Source of the DNA: Perkinsus chesapeaki ATCC PRA-425
Lineage: Eukaryota > Protista > Perkinsozoa
DNA length: 64,000 nucleotides
Assembly (NCBI GenBank): GCA_013115145.1
Contig: JAAPAO010000014.1
Coordinates: 77,854-141,853 of the forward strand
Reading direction: 5' to 3'
Shown: piece by piece, positions 46,801-60,285 of the stretch
How positions within the stretch are numbered: position 1 is the stretch's first letter
How the letters are laid out: every line of letters begins with the position of its first letter
Position numbers and translations under genes: made by a program
The notes under the pieces: generated by a model
What the model saw: only the letters and a program-made list of their open reading frames with translations
What the model was told of the DNA's origin: nothing
Databases searched by the model: none

Positions 46801-49800
46801 GTCGTATTCTCATTCTGAGATTGACCAAATGCTCATACGGTTGCTAGACAAGCAGGACACAGTTGAGGTGAACGACGAACCGCTAACTACAAGGTGAAGG
46901 CATAACAGTGATAAAATTCCCGTTGTTTGGCCATCAAGTGGAGTTTCAAGATAACCCTCCCCTGTGTTCATCCTTTATCTTGGGCGTTGAGAAGCAGTAG
47001 GGTGAATCCACTCATTGTAAAATCTGAAATTGATATCGAAGATATCGTGCCTGCCATCGACAATTCCCTCCGATTTTGATCCTACTTTAGGTGCGATGCG
47101 AGAATCAAATGGATGCGGTTACACTCGAGCTGAACTTGCAAGACAGAGTCTCTGGCTTGGTGGTCACTTTATATTACTCTGTATTCCCAGAGTGGGATGT
47201 CTTGGTCCGGCGCGCCAAGATGACCAACCCGCGATCCTCGGGAAGTGCAGTTGGCATCGATCGATTCGTCAGCGTCACATCTGACTTTGAGGCCGGTAAC
47301 TACTATTTCACGCATTTCGGAGGTAGATGCCGGTAGCTGCTCCTCGCTGTAGTTTGGACATACTGTCAGGCTCGTGGGGGAGAGAGGGCCAGAGGATGAG
47401 CCAAGAACTTATGGCTGGTGCGATGTCGATCGGCTCCACTCGAGGCGTTAGTAGCCACATGCATAACCCTATGGGGATCATCAGCAAAGGAGCGTATAAT
47501 GAGGATGCAGGATACCATTGGGGTTTCATTTTTATGTACCGTACATTTCTCTGCTGCTTGTGGAGGAGTGTACAAGTGATTCTGTGGTCAGGTATAGCGG
47601 CAGCTTCCTTATAGAGTGCGAGATCAACGAGACGAACCGACTCCGCGTTAATGTTGGGTAAATGCTCACAGTACTGAGTGTTGGTGGTATAACGTAGCCA
47701 GGTTCAACCCAATGACTTTTAAATGGAAGCTTTTTCCTGGGGAGTCTCTGAGTACCCCTGAAACACTTATAATTTTCAGTTCTTCTGGTGCCACTGGACT
47801 AACTCACAAGTGTCATCGAATACTGCAAGACAGAGTTATGCCTCCTAGGTGAGTACAGACCACCTTAGCGGATAGCTTGAACGGCTGAGTAGGTGGCGGT
47901 ATACTAGGCCACCGGTCGTGTGCAACACGTGGGAGTCGATGTATTTTAATATTACTGATGATAGGGTGAGCGGATGATGCTCTTCCCATTACCGAGGTAG
48001 TTATGGTTGTTTGTTTAGGTTATGCAGCTGGCAAAGCATGCTGCAGCTGTTGGTGCTGAAATGGTTGTTATTGATGATGGTTGGTTTACTAATAGAAATG
48101 ATGATACTGGAGGGTTGGGAGACTGGGAAGTTGATAAGGAGAAGTTGCCTCTCGGCATACCTCATCTGTGTAAGCACGTGCGCATTGTAAGCGTGGTATG
48201 CTATTGTGGAGGGCTTTTGCAGGTAACGCTATCAATCAGTTAGGTCTTGCCTTTGGTATTTGGATTGAACCTGAGATGGCCTCTCCAGGATGTCATCTTT
48301 TACAGAAATATAATGATTGTACTTTACAGGCCAAGAATAGACCAATGACGATGAGAAGGCATCAATTCCTATTAGACTTCAGTCAAGAAAGAGTTAGACG
48401 ATATGTTCTTAAAAAACTAAGGTAGGATAATATTTATATTCAATATATTTATTATTATTAATAGGGGTTTATTATCATGCTGCAATATAGCCTATGTTAA
48501 ATGGGATATGAATCGTCATTTAACAGAAGCTCAAAGTGCATTATTATCAGATGATAGACCACAAGGAGAGACCATGCATAGACATATGCTTGGTGTTTAT
48601 CAAGTAAGGAAACGATCTTTGAGTTTTTTTATCGAATCATTATTTATCAGGTTTTAGACTCTATCACTTCTGAATTTCCTCTAGTACGTTTTGAAACCTG
48701 TGCTGGTGGTGGTGGAAGGTTCGATGCTGGTATGTTATATTTTGGTCCCCAAATTTGGGCATCAGACAACACTGATGCATGCTGTAGAGCACGTATACAG
48801 GCTGGATTATCTGTTGGATATCCAATGATAACAATGGGAAGTCATATAACTGCAACACCTAACCATCAAGTAACATCGATACGAAGGCCTTGGCCGTGCT
48901 TTCGCCCATTTCCCCCATTAGACTGGTCGAATCCTCCCCGGTAACGTACGAGGTGTGATGTCAATGTTGGGTGCAATGGGGGTAGAGCTCAATCTTATGA
49001 AGGCTGATGTCGAGCTTTTAACAGAGATTAGAGCTCTACTGCATGTCTACAAGACAACCCTGGACTTCAACCTTCTCAGGGGAAAGTTTTACCGCCTCTG
49101 GGACCCCTTTGATGCCCATTCAACACAAGTAAGAACTACTCTATGTCAATAGCCTCTTACTCACACGCTGTAGCGGGATGTATCCAGTAGTATCTTTAAC
49201 CGCGGTTGGTTAGCCGTCAGTGTATAGAATAGAGAGGCGCAGATATGGAGTTCACATTGTGGGTTCTGCGACCTAGTTAATCTACCGCCCCTTTAATCAA
49301 TAATCGGCACCACGCGGCACAGTCTAAGCAGTCTCTCGGTTCTCTAAGGAGGCGTTTTTAAAATAAACTTGTGTGGCATCGGAGCTGTTTGGTAGCCGCT
49401 GGCATTATACACGAAACTTTGCCTCAGGTGTATGGTGCTGAAGTGACTGCGTGGATGCAGGTCGCAGAAGATCAATCTCGCGCGGTTGTTATGGCGTGCT
49501 TATTGCACCTAAAGGAGGTCGCATTGGGCCATCGGCTCGTTGTTGGTTATTTCACTTCATAGGTTGGGAAGATTATACCAAGGCTCCAGCTAAAGGGCTT
49601 ATCAGAGGATACACTATACGAGATTATTGACCTTGCTCCTAGCTCGTAAGTTATATTAGAGAAGTAATTTAATGTGATGATATCAGATACGTACGAAACC
49701 CTCAAACTCTACAAGTTGTATGTAATCCGGTACCAGTATCGAAGTTTAGTGGTGTACAGTTAATGGGTGTGACACTTATGAAAGCTGGTTTACCATTACA

Positions 49801-49939
49801 ATTCTTATTTGATGGAGACTGCAGTCTTTTCGAGATTAGAAGTGTCGAACTAGGAGCAAGGCCAGAACCGGCTGGCAGTGTAGATTTTACAATTCTGAAG
49901 GGTGCTAGGAGCCAAGCCGCTCTTCTACAACATTATTAG
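43881..49939 (+). CDS. GH36 alpha-galactosidase, copy A, multi-exon, with two enlarged introns
   Basis: YAFRITTTGQLEHLYWG, EYSDYGTGDYRLPSF, VIDDGWF, FGIWIEPEM, YVKWDMNR (nucleophile), FETCAGGGGRFDAG, IWASDNTD (acid/base). Confidence 0.88.
44112..44252 (+). repeat. Homogenised tract 1 (partner 50418-50558)
   Basis: 141 bp, 2 synonymous mismatches. Confidence 0.95.
45420..45640 (+). repeat. Homogenised tract 2 (partner 51116-51336)
   Basis: 221 bp, 3 mismatches, spans introns. Confidence 0.95.
45800..46700 (+). mobile_element. Degenerate Ty3/Gypsy RNase H relic inside an intron of GH36 copy A
   Basis: Motif remnants in order: LRLPALYRP, YSTREGIEAL, AKLERWLAY, GNHRSADVSDALSR. Absent from the equivalent short intron of copy B. 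Confidence 0.55.
46273..46556 (+). repeat. 44-bp tandem repeat spanning an N gap (46415-46512)
   Basis: The unit cgttggctagcctatgattcacagacaatgaagcgaagttggag appears as one variant and two full copies before the gap and one copy after it. Confidence 0.9.
48220..48875 (+). repeat. Homogenised tract 3 (partner 52880-53534)
   Basis: ~656 bp with about 11 substitutions and one 1-bp indel. The core ~48250-48610 is identical, including an extremely AT-rich intron; ~31% GC in the core. Confidence 0.95.
49553..49887 (+). repeat. Homogenised tract 4 (partner 54133-54467)
   Basis: 335 bp with no mismatch found, includes an intron; ~39% GC. Confidence 0.95.
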
Positions 49940-50184
49940 ACGATTGTCGTTCTCATGACCTTGTGCATCATCCAAACGTTATGAATGCCACACAACAGTT
50001 AATCAATTTATCTGTTAATCTCGAGAGTTGTTACTTAGTTCGTCCTCCTCAGTGTCAGTGTTATCAATGTGGTGCTATCTCATACAGCTATGTGTTGTCA
50101 TGTTACGGCCGTGTTATGTTTTATCTTGGTAGTCGTTATTTTTATTGTTGTTATTCATTAATCCGACTATCCCCTTGTTTAGCT

Positions 50185-53100
50185 ATGGATAGTATATCGG
50201 AGAGATCGGAAGAGTAAGCCGGGGATCCAGCCAGGGGGTGGTATCCCGCCGACTCAGGACGAGCGAGTCGTCATTGGAGGACCATCGCTGGAAGAGTGCT
50301 GATGGCAAGTTTGGCAGTGGAATTTTATACGATCGTGATCAAAGGATATTCCGGCTCTATACCGCCGAAACTCTGTAGCGAGCTTGAGATGCTTTACTGA
50401 GGTCACCCAATGGTAACAGGTATGCCTTTCGTATTACTACTACTGGCCAATTGGAGCATCTTTATTGGGGACCGAGTATTCCACCGGAGGATGATTTAAC
50501 ATTCTTATCCCTAAACTCATTGACTATGGCCAGCCCTTTCGATCCCACTGGACAGGCCCGCCCTGCCGGCGGTATCAGGGTGAGTGCATTGTTGCCTTCC
50601 TCGTTCCTTCACATTTTATCTGTAATAGGAGATCACCTCTGCGTACGGGAAAGGCCTGGAAGTAGAGGACTTAAGTGAGCGATGGAAGACCTACAGTAGA
50701 GAGGCTAAAAGCGGCATTGGTGAGGCGGCGGCTGGTCGGTAGATAGTGAAGCACTGTATGGTTGGCAGGTGAAGATCTCCGCCGAGAGAACGCCTTTTGG
50801 CGGCGCTGGAGAATGTCTCAATTGGAACGAGCAGAGGAAAATGGTAGACAAGCTCCCATTCGTTGAGGAGCATAGTATCATTCTCAGTTGAGCCTGGCAG
50901 TATCGAAGAAACCGAAATGCCAGGTGGTCAGCAGCAGGACGGTGCTCTGCCGAGTTGTAAGTATAGGGTAACTGTGGTATAAAAATCATCGCCTTCTATC
51001 TCAGGGAGTAAGCAACATGTCAGACCACGCCGGGGGTCGTCAATAGGGTCGCCCGCTTTCGGCAGAGGCATGACCATGGCTTTCGGTGGTCGAAGAGCCT
51101 CTGCCTTCGCAGTCAGACCGTCTAGCCCATCTAGATCAGAGGAAGAGGTATGTGATGTTATAGACTTAAGGGTAGTAGCTAATAAACTCCTTAGGCTGGA
51201 GCTACACATGTAACACAACAGATAATGGGTAAAAACTCCCTTATGTTGGAGTATAGTGATTATGGTACCGGAGACTATAGGCTACCAAGCTTTAAGGTAA
51301 ACAATAACAGGAACACCCATGAAGTTGATTGGTAGGTCCGATACAACGCCAAGTCCAAGCTTGGTCACAGCGATATCTCTCCGATGGAATACGTTGGGCA
51401 TAGGATACACCACGGCAAGGCTCGCATTTCGGGTGCGCCGCACTCGGCACTGCCTCAGGTAGGCCCTCATGTCTGCGTGTACTGAAGACAACTGCGGCAG
51501 GTGCGTTGTGAGAGCGACGAGGAGGCGGTGACTCTTGAGGTTGATTTGATGGACTTGGTCTCTGGTCTGACGGTCACTCTCTACTACTCGGTGTTCCCTA
51601 AGTGGGACGTGATAGTTCGGAAGGCTAAGATGACGAACCCTGAGTCGGCGGGATTCCCTGTGGGAATTGATCAGTTCGTGAGCACTACCTCCAGCTTTGA
51701 GTCTGGCAACCATCACCTTACGCACTTTGGAGGTAACATTACATAGTTAGTCCTTCAGACGGCGCACGGAGCTAGCTCAGGCTCTTGGGGCAGGGAGGTC
51801 CAGAAGCTGAGCGTGAAGCTCCAACAGGGATCAGTGCGCATCGAGTCGACTCGTGGTGTTAGCAGCCACATGCATAACCCTATGTGCGTTATCAGTAAGG
51901 GACAGTATAATGAGGATGCAGGATACCATTGGGGATTCATGTTCGTGTAGGTTGCCACTCCTTCTTTGGGGAAATGTGTTTGATAGAGTTCGGCGCTTTA
52001 GGTATAGTGGCAGCTTCCTTATTGAGTGCGAGACCAATGAGACTAATAGACTTCGAGTGAATGTGGGGTAAGTTATTTAACTCTCTATCAATGTTTACTA
52101 CACGTTACAAGCATTAGTAGTCCTTAAGCGTCAAACTCCACATAGCTAAAGAATGCGTGAAGAATCATTTTCTCAAGCGGATGAACCAATCTTTCAGTTT
52201 CAACCCTCTCACGTTCAAGTGGAAGCTTCACCCGGGTGAATCCATCACCACTCCTGAGACCATAACAGTGTTCAGCAGCTCTGGTGCGACATCGCTCACT
52301 CATAAGTTACACCGCATACTGCAGGACAGGGTCATTCCAGCGCGGTAAGCCATTACCGCCCCTCCATCCGTCACTGCCGATTTCAGCTTCCGCTACACCA
52401 GGCCGCCTGTGGTCTGCAATACGTGGGAGTCGATGTACTTTGACGTCACCCATGATAGAGTGAGCGAAGCTTAAGAGCGTTAGGGCTATGTCTGTTTAGG
52501 TTATGCAGCTGGCAAGGCATGCTGCAGCTGTTGGTGCTGAGATGGTTGTTATTGATGATGGTTGGTTTACGAATAGAAATGATGATACTGGAGGTTTGGG
52601 AGACTGGGAAGTTGATAAGGAGAAATTGCCATTTGGCATCCCCCATCTTTGTAAGCATGCTTTCGCTCGGTCGCGCCATAGCCTCTACCAGCCAGAAAGG
52701 TTAGGAATTTATCTGTAGGATTTGTCTTCATACCTGTCGCTTGGAAATTTCTGTCCATTTGGACGTGCTGGGTGCGCTCCTTACCACAAGTTGAAAAGGC
52801 GATAATGTTACAGTGTTGTTCGATGCCGCTCGGCTGTAAAGGGGTTCAGCTCGGCAACTTCGTCACCGTTAGTTTCCCTCAGGTAACGCTATCAGTCAGT
52901 TAGGCCTTGCCTTTGGTATTTGGATTGAACCTGAGATGGCCTCTCCAGGATGTCATCTTTTACAGAAATATAATGATTGTACTTTACAGGCCAAGAATAG
53001 ACCAATGACGATGAGAAGGCATCAATTCCTATTAGACTTCAGTCAAGAAAGAGTTAGACGATATGTTCTTAAAAAACTAAGGTAGGATAATATTTATATT

Positions 53101-54483
53101 CAATATATTTATTATTATTAATAGGGGTTTATTATCATGCTGCAATATAGCCTATGTTAAATGGGATATGAATCGTCATTTAACAGAAGCTCAAAGTGCA
53201 TTATTATCAGATGATAGACCACAAGGAGAGACCATGCATAGACATATGCTTGGTGTTTATCAAGTAAGGAAACCATCTTTGAGTTTTTTATCGAATTATT
53301 ATTCATCAGGTTTTAGACTCTATCACTTCTGAATTTCCTCTAGTACGCTTTGAAACTTGTGCTGGTGGTGGTGGAAGGTTCGATGCCGGTATGTTATATT
53401 TTGGTCCCCAAATTTGGGCATCAGACAACACTGATGCATGTTGTAGAGCACGTATACAGGCTGGATTATCTGTTGGATATCCAATGATAACAATGGGGAG
53501 TCATATAACTGCAACACCTAATCATCAAGTAACAGCGCTATGAAGGCCTGTGCTTTCCCCCAGCTTCCACATCTTTGCTTGATCAAGCCATCGGTTTGAG
53601 AGTTCATTTTCTCCTCCACTCAGACCGGACGGACACTGCCTGGGAATGTAAGAGGTGGAATGTCGATGCTTGGGGCAATGGGCGTCGAGCTGAACCTAAT
53701 GGCTGCGGATGTACAACTGTTGGAGGAGATAAAAGACCTTTTATATGCCTACAAATCCTCAATAGACAGCAATCTCCTGAAAGGCAAATTCTACAGGCTC
53801 TGGGATCCATTCGATATCCACTCAACACAGGTGAGCAGAGACCGTCGCATTATTATTGGTAGCTTGTACTGAATTGTTGCTGAGGACCAGCGTGAGCAGG
53901 CGGAGAATAGTGCTTGCTATTATCCTCCGCTCTCGGCGTCCTTCCTATGGCGCTGCAACGACCATTACTCGATGAAACTTGTACTGGCTCTCTCTCGTTG
54001 CTAGGTATTCGGTGCAGAGGCAACCTCATGGATGCAAGTGGCGCATGATAAGTCGAGGGCAATTGTAATGGTCTGTATGTTGCACTTGAAAGAAGTAGGC
54101 GCGGGTCAGCACGCTGCTGTGAGATGATGCGCCACTTCATAGGTTGGGAAGATTATACCAAGGCTCCAGCTAAAGGGCTTATCAGAGGATACACTATACG
54201 AGATTATTGACCTTGCTCCTAGCTCGTAAGTTATATTAGAGAAGTAATTTAATGTGATGATATCAGATACGTACGAAACCCTCAAACTCTACAAGTTGTA
54301 TGTAATCCGGTACCAGTATCGAAGTTTAGTGGTGTACAGTTAATGGGTGTGACACTTATGAAAGCTGGTTTACCATTACAATTCTTATTTGATGGAGACT
54401 GCAGTCTTTTCGAGATTAGAAGTGTCGAACTAGGAGCAAGGCCAGAACCGGCTGGCAGTGTAGATTTCACAGCCATACGATAG
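50185..54483 (+). CDS. GH36 alpha-galactosidase, copy B, multi-exon
   Basis: Same motif series as copy A. Starts MDSISERSEE and ends VDFTAIR*. Confidence 0.9.
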
Positions 54484-55264
54484 CATGCTTATGTACGACG
54501 ATCTCTAAGCTTTTGCTGCCGATTCCTATTATATCTTCTGATTTACTGTTGGGTGACTTGTTCGGTACTCCACTTACCCCATACGATAAGTATCGAGCTA
54601 CTTCTCCCCTTCATAAGAATGTACGGTGGAGGCCGATCCATAAGGTCTTGAGACCTAACTCTTTTATGAATGTTCACATCACTGATTGTGGCACAATCAT
54701 TGTGCGAACGGATTTCCATTTTCGGACGGGAATTAGTGTTGTAAATGATCATCAGTCTGAAGGTGAACGCGGAATATCCAAGGACGTCGCAGTGGCGATA
54801 GGAAATGATTTCTTATTGATTCTCAACGATTTCTTCATTATCACATCTTTTAGAAATGCTATGACGTAGTATGCGATGTTCTACCTTCGACGCCTTTCAG
54901 ATTAATACCAGGTAACACGCAGTGGCAGGAGCCTGGTCTTCAGTACCATTCCGCTCGCTGGCATCCGTGCTTCACATGGAGCACGAATGCACCCCGGCGT
55001 ACCTGAAGTCATGAAAGATCTCACACTCATCAGTTATGTGATGCATGGCACCATCAGTAGTCATCGACACTGATTTCTACCCCACTGCACGCTCCTCCGG
55101 AGGCGTCTACTTCGCTGATACCCCTACACCGTCCCCGTCACCTCGTGGTTACATCCCAAGGCTCTCAGGGTAGACCGTCGCAGCTGCAGTTATGAGCACG
55201 CTCAGTTGCACCCGTTCGTATTAGGTATATTATCGATGGCGTTTCTAGGAGTCAACTAGCAGAG

Positions 55265-56514
55265 GTGAATGACGATGGTGAACTTGCGAACGAGATGGTT
55301 CAGATAGCTTGTCAGGTTGTGGCACCGATATCACCTTCAAGGAAAGCATCGCCTCGTACGATCAGACGAGACACTTCCCGACGAACAATGTTGCCTGAAG
55401 GTGCGGGATGTTATTCGACCTCGAGCATGTCGTATTATGTCTTGTAGGAGTTCTGTGCGACAGCTTCTTGAAGAGCACCAGATGCTCCGTGGCGAAGAGG
55501 GAAGACGTATGGAGAGCATGGGACCTCTTTGAAAAGTCCCAAGAACAACATTCGACTTCGTCGTTTCCATGGTTGCCTTCAGATTCGACTGTGAAAGGAC
55601 TAGACAGATTTCACGACGGCAATTCTTCAGTGGCCTTAAAGTGGGAATCAACTTTGCACGATCGACTGTGGTTGCGATCGAGTTCTCTCAGATGTGCAGA
55701 CATAACGAGGAGTGTGATGATGTTACATGCCCTTTCTCACACACTGACATGTCTCTTGACGACCTGCGAATGCTTCGTCGCTCAGGACTGGACTCTAGGT
55801 GATTCGTCGTAGCCGCCTGACTCGGTCCTTGTCAAAGATGTTCCAGGTTCTGCACAACGAGCTTGCCTTTATCTCTTCATGATTACTTCAAACTTATCTG
55901 GCCTAGAGCAACCCCTGACGACTTGGATATAATGGTCCGGTGGTCTGAGTTGCGTGAGGCTCGCAATGCTCTACAAGCGACTCGCTACCGAGTATCAGTA
56001 GCTGATATTAAACGAGCGTTTGAACTGATGGACATTGATGAGGGTAAGTTTGCGCCCTCCAAGGACATGGGTTGCCAAAGGAGAATCGACACTGTTTGGC
56101 GACCGGCAGACTCCAATTTCAGATGGAACGATCTCAGAAGACCAGATTCGAGATTCTATGGTGTTCCCCGAGAAAAATGTTGCCGCACTTCTCAGATACA
56201 GTAACGCGATCGGCATCTTCATGCCGCACTACTGGGATTTCACATTTCTTGTGTTTTCAGGAACGCAGATTTCTCTGGAGGAGTTCATTACTATCTGCCA
56301 GTCCTACACAGACAAACGTCGTATAAGGTTCATGGAAGCTAGAGGTGTCAGCAAGGCCAGCATGGTTGGTTGTTTGTTATCTATGAACCCTGACGAAAGC
56401 GCTCTTTCTCAGGACATGGCGTCAGCACCCGTCAATAACTTCCACGGTCGATTTAAGAAGGTCCGAGCATTCGTTAAAAGCAAGTCTTCATTACTCAAGT
56501 CTGACAACCGTTAG
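55265..56514 (+). CDS. EF-hand calcium-binding protein, multi-exon; start approximate
   Basis: IKRAFELMDIDE/GTISEDQI (EF loop split by an intron) and QISLEEFITIC. Confidence 0.6.
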
Positions 56515-56849
56515 CCAGGAGCTTCTCGCTCTGCATCATTCCCCAATCCCACCTTGAGCATTCTTCTGTCAGTTGTTGGAATCTAACCTCTTGTTGCGTT
56601 GGATGGTCAGCCGCTGACCAGGATACATAGCACCCGAGGATTGCTCAGCTGGTATTGTGAAAAATCCTTCCACTACATGACATACTGTATGCATGATATC
56701 ATATACATATTTATACGCACTATAATACATAACTGTTTGTCATATGGGAGACTTAGTTTACCGAATCGCGTTTGCCTCCACGTTGAATCTCGCCCACTAG
56801 ACGGGTGGTGTTCTCCGACTCCGCTAGATGCACATGATGTAGTTGAGGT

Positions 56850-57717
56850 ATGATCGCCCACAATGCTGGTCGGCATGTATCGGCATACGGCACTATCGCT
56901 CCAGCTCAAAGAGGCCCAGCTTCCCATGCCACTGACCGAAAGCTGAAAGGACTGCTCAAAGATATTACCAGGTCAGTGAGAAATGTTAACTGCTCCACTA
57001 TAAGTCGCATGTTTCGGTCCAGATCTTTGAGTTCTGTCCGGGACGTACTGTACGACACTGAGGAACAGTCCAGCGAAAATGATGTGAGTGGCGTTTGTGC
57101 TGCTCTTCTGGTGCTCTATACATTTTGTTCAGATATTCGGGTGGATCCTCTGCACGGTTTTACCATCACTTTTCATCTTCATGATGCTCGCACTGAGTAA
57201 GGCGCCCGATGGCTGTCGTAGTCGTTGAGGCTGCGTAAAGTTCATGTTATGGAGAGACTGGCACATGTATGAGTTGCTGTTAGCTGCCCTTCTATTGCTC
57301 TATACTCCCTCGCGGTGCCTGGCCTTCATTTGGCAGTACTCCAAGAGTCACAGTGTCTTACATGTTTCTGGTAAGATTGTTCCTCTTTACCAAATTATTC
57401 TTCTCCACCATCATGCAGCCGACATCTTCCCCACTTTTAGCATCCATTGTCATTTCAGGCATAGTGTGGTGTCTCAACTTGTTATTTATAGTCTTCTGTC
57501 TACCTGGTGGAATTATGCTGCAGGTAAGCATTTCCGCATTTCGCTTCTCCGTACGTCTCCTGTCCAGCAGCTGTTCGCCTGTTGTTCGCCTTGCCACCCA
57601 GTCCGCACTCTCTTAGCAGCCGTGTCAGATACTCTCCGGCTTTATCCTACCTTACGGGATCGCTTGTACTGTCTGTTATTCGAGGTAGCTTCAAGCTCTG
57701 TCATTTGTCAAAAGTGA
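56850..57717 (+). CDS. Hypothetical membrane protein, multi-exon
   Basis: Hydrophobic ORFs 56850-57200 and 57244-57717. No family recognised. Confidence 0.25.
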
Positions 57718-60285
57718 AGCCCTTCGCGATATCTCAGTTCGTTATTGGGCCTCTCTCTGTGTACATTCCTCGCTCGAGCCGTACTGATGGATAGGTGTAA
57801 GCGTCAGATAATGAAGCACGAGAACGGGTAAGGGAGTCACCTAGCAATGAGGTTACAGATCGTTGCTGTTCCTTCTATCAGGCGTGTACTTGTTACCGTT
57901 CTCTCTGAGAAATCGTTCATCATGCTTCTTCTCTTTCGCTGCCTTATGCTACCAGCATGGATAAAGCACTTCCTCCCCGGTTCTTTGGGACTTGAAGCCT
58001 CTTCTATAATCCGTAGGCATTTCTGTAGTCTGTTGCTCGGGTTTATCAGTTCATCTGTTTCAGTGGCTATTGCTATACAGTCTTTGCCGTCTACACTCCT
58101 CAAGTGCTATTTCGGCTCCACATTCAAGTCGGTGTTCGACATAACCGGGACTGGAGGTCTACTCTGGAAACTTCTGCCCCCGCAACCGTTTCCTGCTAGG
58201 CCACCAAGTGGAGAGTCTGTCGACCAGGAAAATGCTTGCACAAGGCCTCGCATTCGCCTTCTCCATGCTTAGTTGTGTATTACTCATAATGTAGGTCCCA
58301 ATGCTCCCTAGATCCGCTCAAAGTCTCGTACCACATTCAGATATGCCCTACACTGTTTCAACTCCAAGTACGAGCAGATGAAAGGCCAACATGCAGCCGA
58401 TAAGAAGCCTCGTGCCTGGGGAGTGTCGACTTCTTGCAAGGACCCAAAGTTGAACGAAATTGAATCGAAGATCTCATTCTAAGTTACCCTAGTTGTTATT
58501 CTGTTGATGTGTACATGTTATATGTCCTTGCTCTGTACATGAGTATGCTTACTGCTGCTGTCAAAGATGTTGCTGGAGGGCGTGTTTTCGTGTTGAGCTG
58601 TAAAGGAATGTCAATACCTCAAACAAGCCGGGTATATCGGTCTGTGGCGATTGCAAATCGATGATCCCTCGTACTCGGTTTATTCGGTTTGAATATGCTT
58701 CGATCCTATCGATCTTCATCGGGGCCTGCAACGCTCACGGACTCCATACCCGATTTCATCTCGGTTCTACCACTGATGCCCGACATGCCCGGAACGGTGG
58801 GTACAATTACTAAAGCACCATAGTCCGATAGTGTTTCCTCCTTGCACTGCGCTCAGACTGTCGCTCCTGTGGAGTGGGCATCAATAAACCGTGAAGCCTT
58901 GCAAGCGGCTTGTGGGTCGCATCCTTACCCATCTACCCCGCGAGCCGTTTTTCTAACGCCATCAGCCGGAGCTAAGATACTCAGTAGGTCACCAATTATA
59001 TAGAGCCCTCGACCATTCGAACATTGCTCCATCTACAATGCTGTCCCCCGTTAATGTTCTGTAATGCCCTGTGACGGTGTAACAATAGCAGTCTCTCAGG
59101 CGCCGCCGGAGAACTGTCTCCAGCCGAGTTACCGACAACATGCCCACCCTTCGAGTTCTGGTTGCTGAAAAAGCTCGATAAAAGCGTATGTGTTTTCGAC
59201 TACTGGGTGCGGGTAATCTGCAGCTGCAGGATGCGATCTCTTGTGTGGTTGCTTCACCGTTTCTCTTTGTTCAGAGCTCCGAATGCTGGGATACCGAGGG
59301 AATCCTCAGCGATCTCAGCTTGGCGAAAGCCGAAACGGAGCAAAGCAAGCAGGAGTCGCTCGAATGCACTGGATCATCGCCCGCTCAGCGCGGCATTTCG
59401 TATCGGGAGTGAATTAGTGCCATTTTGAGTCTTTTCTAACACACAACCCATCAGAAGTCTATAGTGTATGTCTGCGTGTTTCTTTACGTTGCATAGTTTA
59501 GTTCTAGTGCCCCCTTGAGAAGACGCTACTCAAGATACAGTATGCTCCGAATCTTGTATTCCGACTTTGCGGGCAGTACAAAAATGCTCCCGCAAGTACA
59601 TTTGAGTTCAAACTGAACTACCGCTGGTAGTAGCTCGACTCACGGTATCGTGGTCGCTCGGAAATAGCAGCACCAGCATATTTGTTGCGACAAGAATGGG
59701 GCTGGCAATAACAGGCTTTTATTTAACACCGAGTGGTACACACCCTTTTTCATGTCATCACACCAGAAGCGTCACGCCTGTCGGCCATTAGACAAAGAGC
59801 GCAGCTGAACCGGTGTAAACTATACTGTGCAGTGCCGCATAGAATTTTAGCCTCTAAGATCACGAAAATAGAGAAGACTGCAGCTTTTAGGATTCAATCA
59901 AGCTCCTGTGATGAGTTCAGATGAAGGCGACGACCGTATGTGGCAGTTTCTCGGTGCTCCGTTGCGTTGAGAACACCGCTCCACCAAGGAAGACATTCTC
60001 CCCCTTCCTTACGAAGTATATGTTACAAGATATCACACCTCAAGTAGTTGCTACAATACCATAGAAGCTTTTTTCATGTACTGCCTCGAGTCTGAATGAA
60101 GGGCACCAAAACATTGGATCAATGCCCTCTTTTATTCCTTTCATTCGCACGATCGTAACACTGACGCGGCGCGTTCACCGCATGCATACAAATTGTCGAC
60201 GCGTGCTGAAACCAACTGGGTTGAATTTCAACAGTTGAAGCCTTCGATTGCATCACGGTTAGCCTTCACTTCACTTCAACTTATA

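Noticed and set aside
57837-59428. Possible genes or TE fragments between the EF-hand and carbonic anhydrase genes
   Set aside because: Short ORFs on both strands with stops, and no motif I can support.
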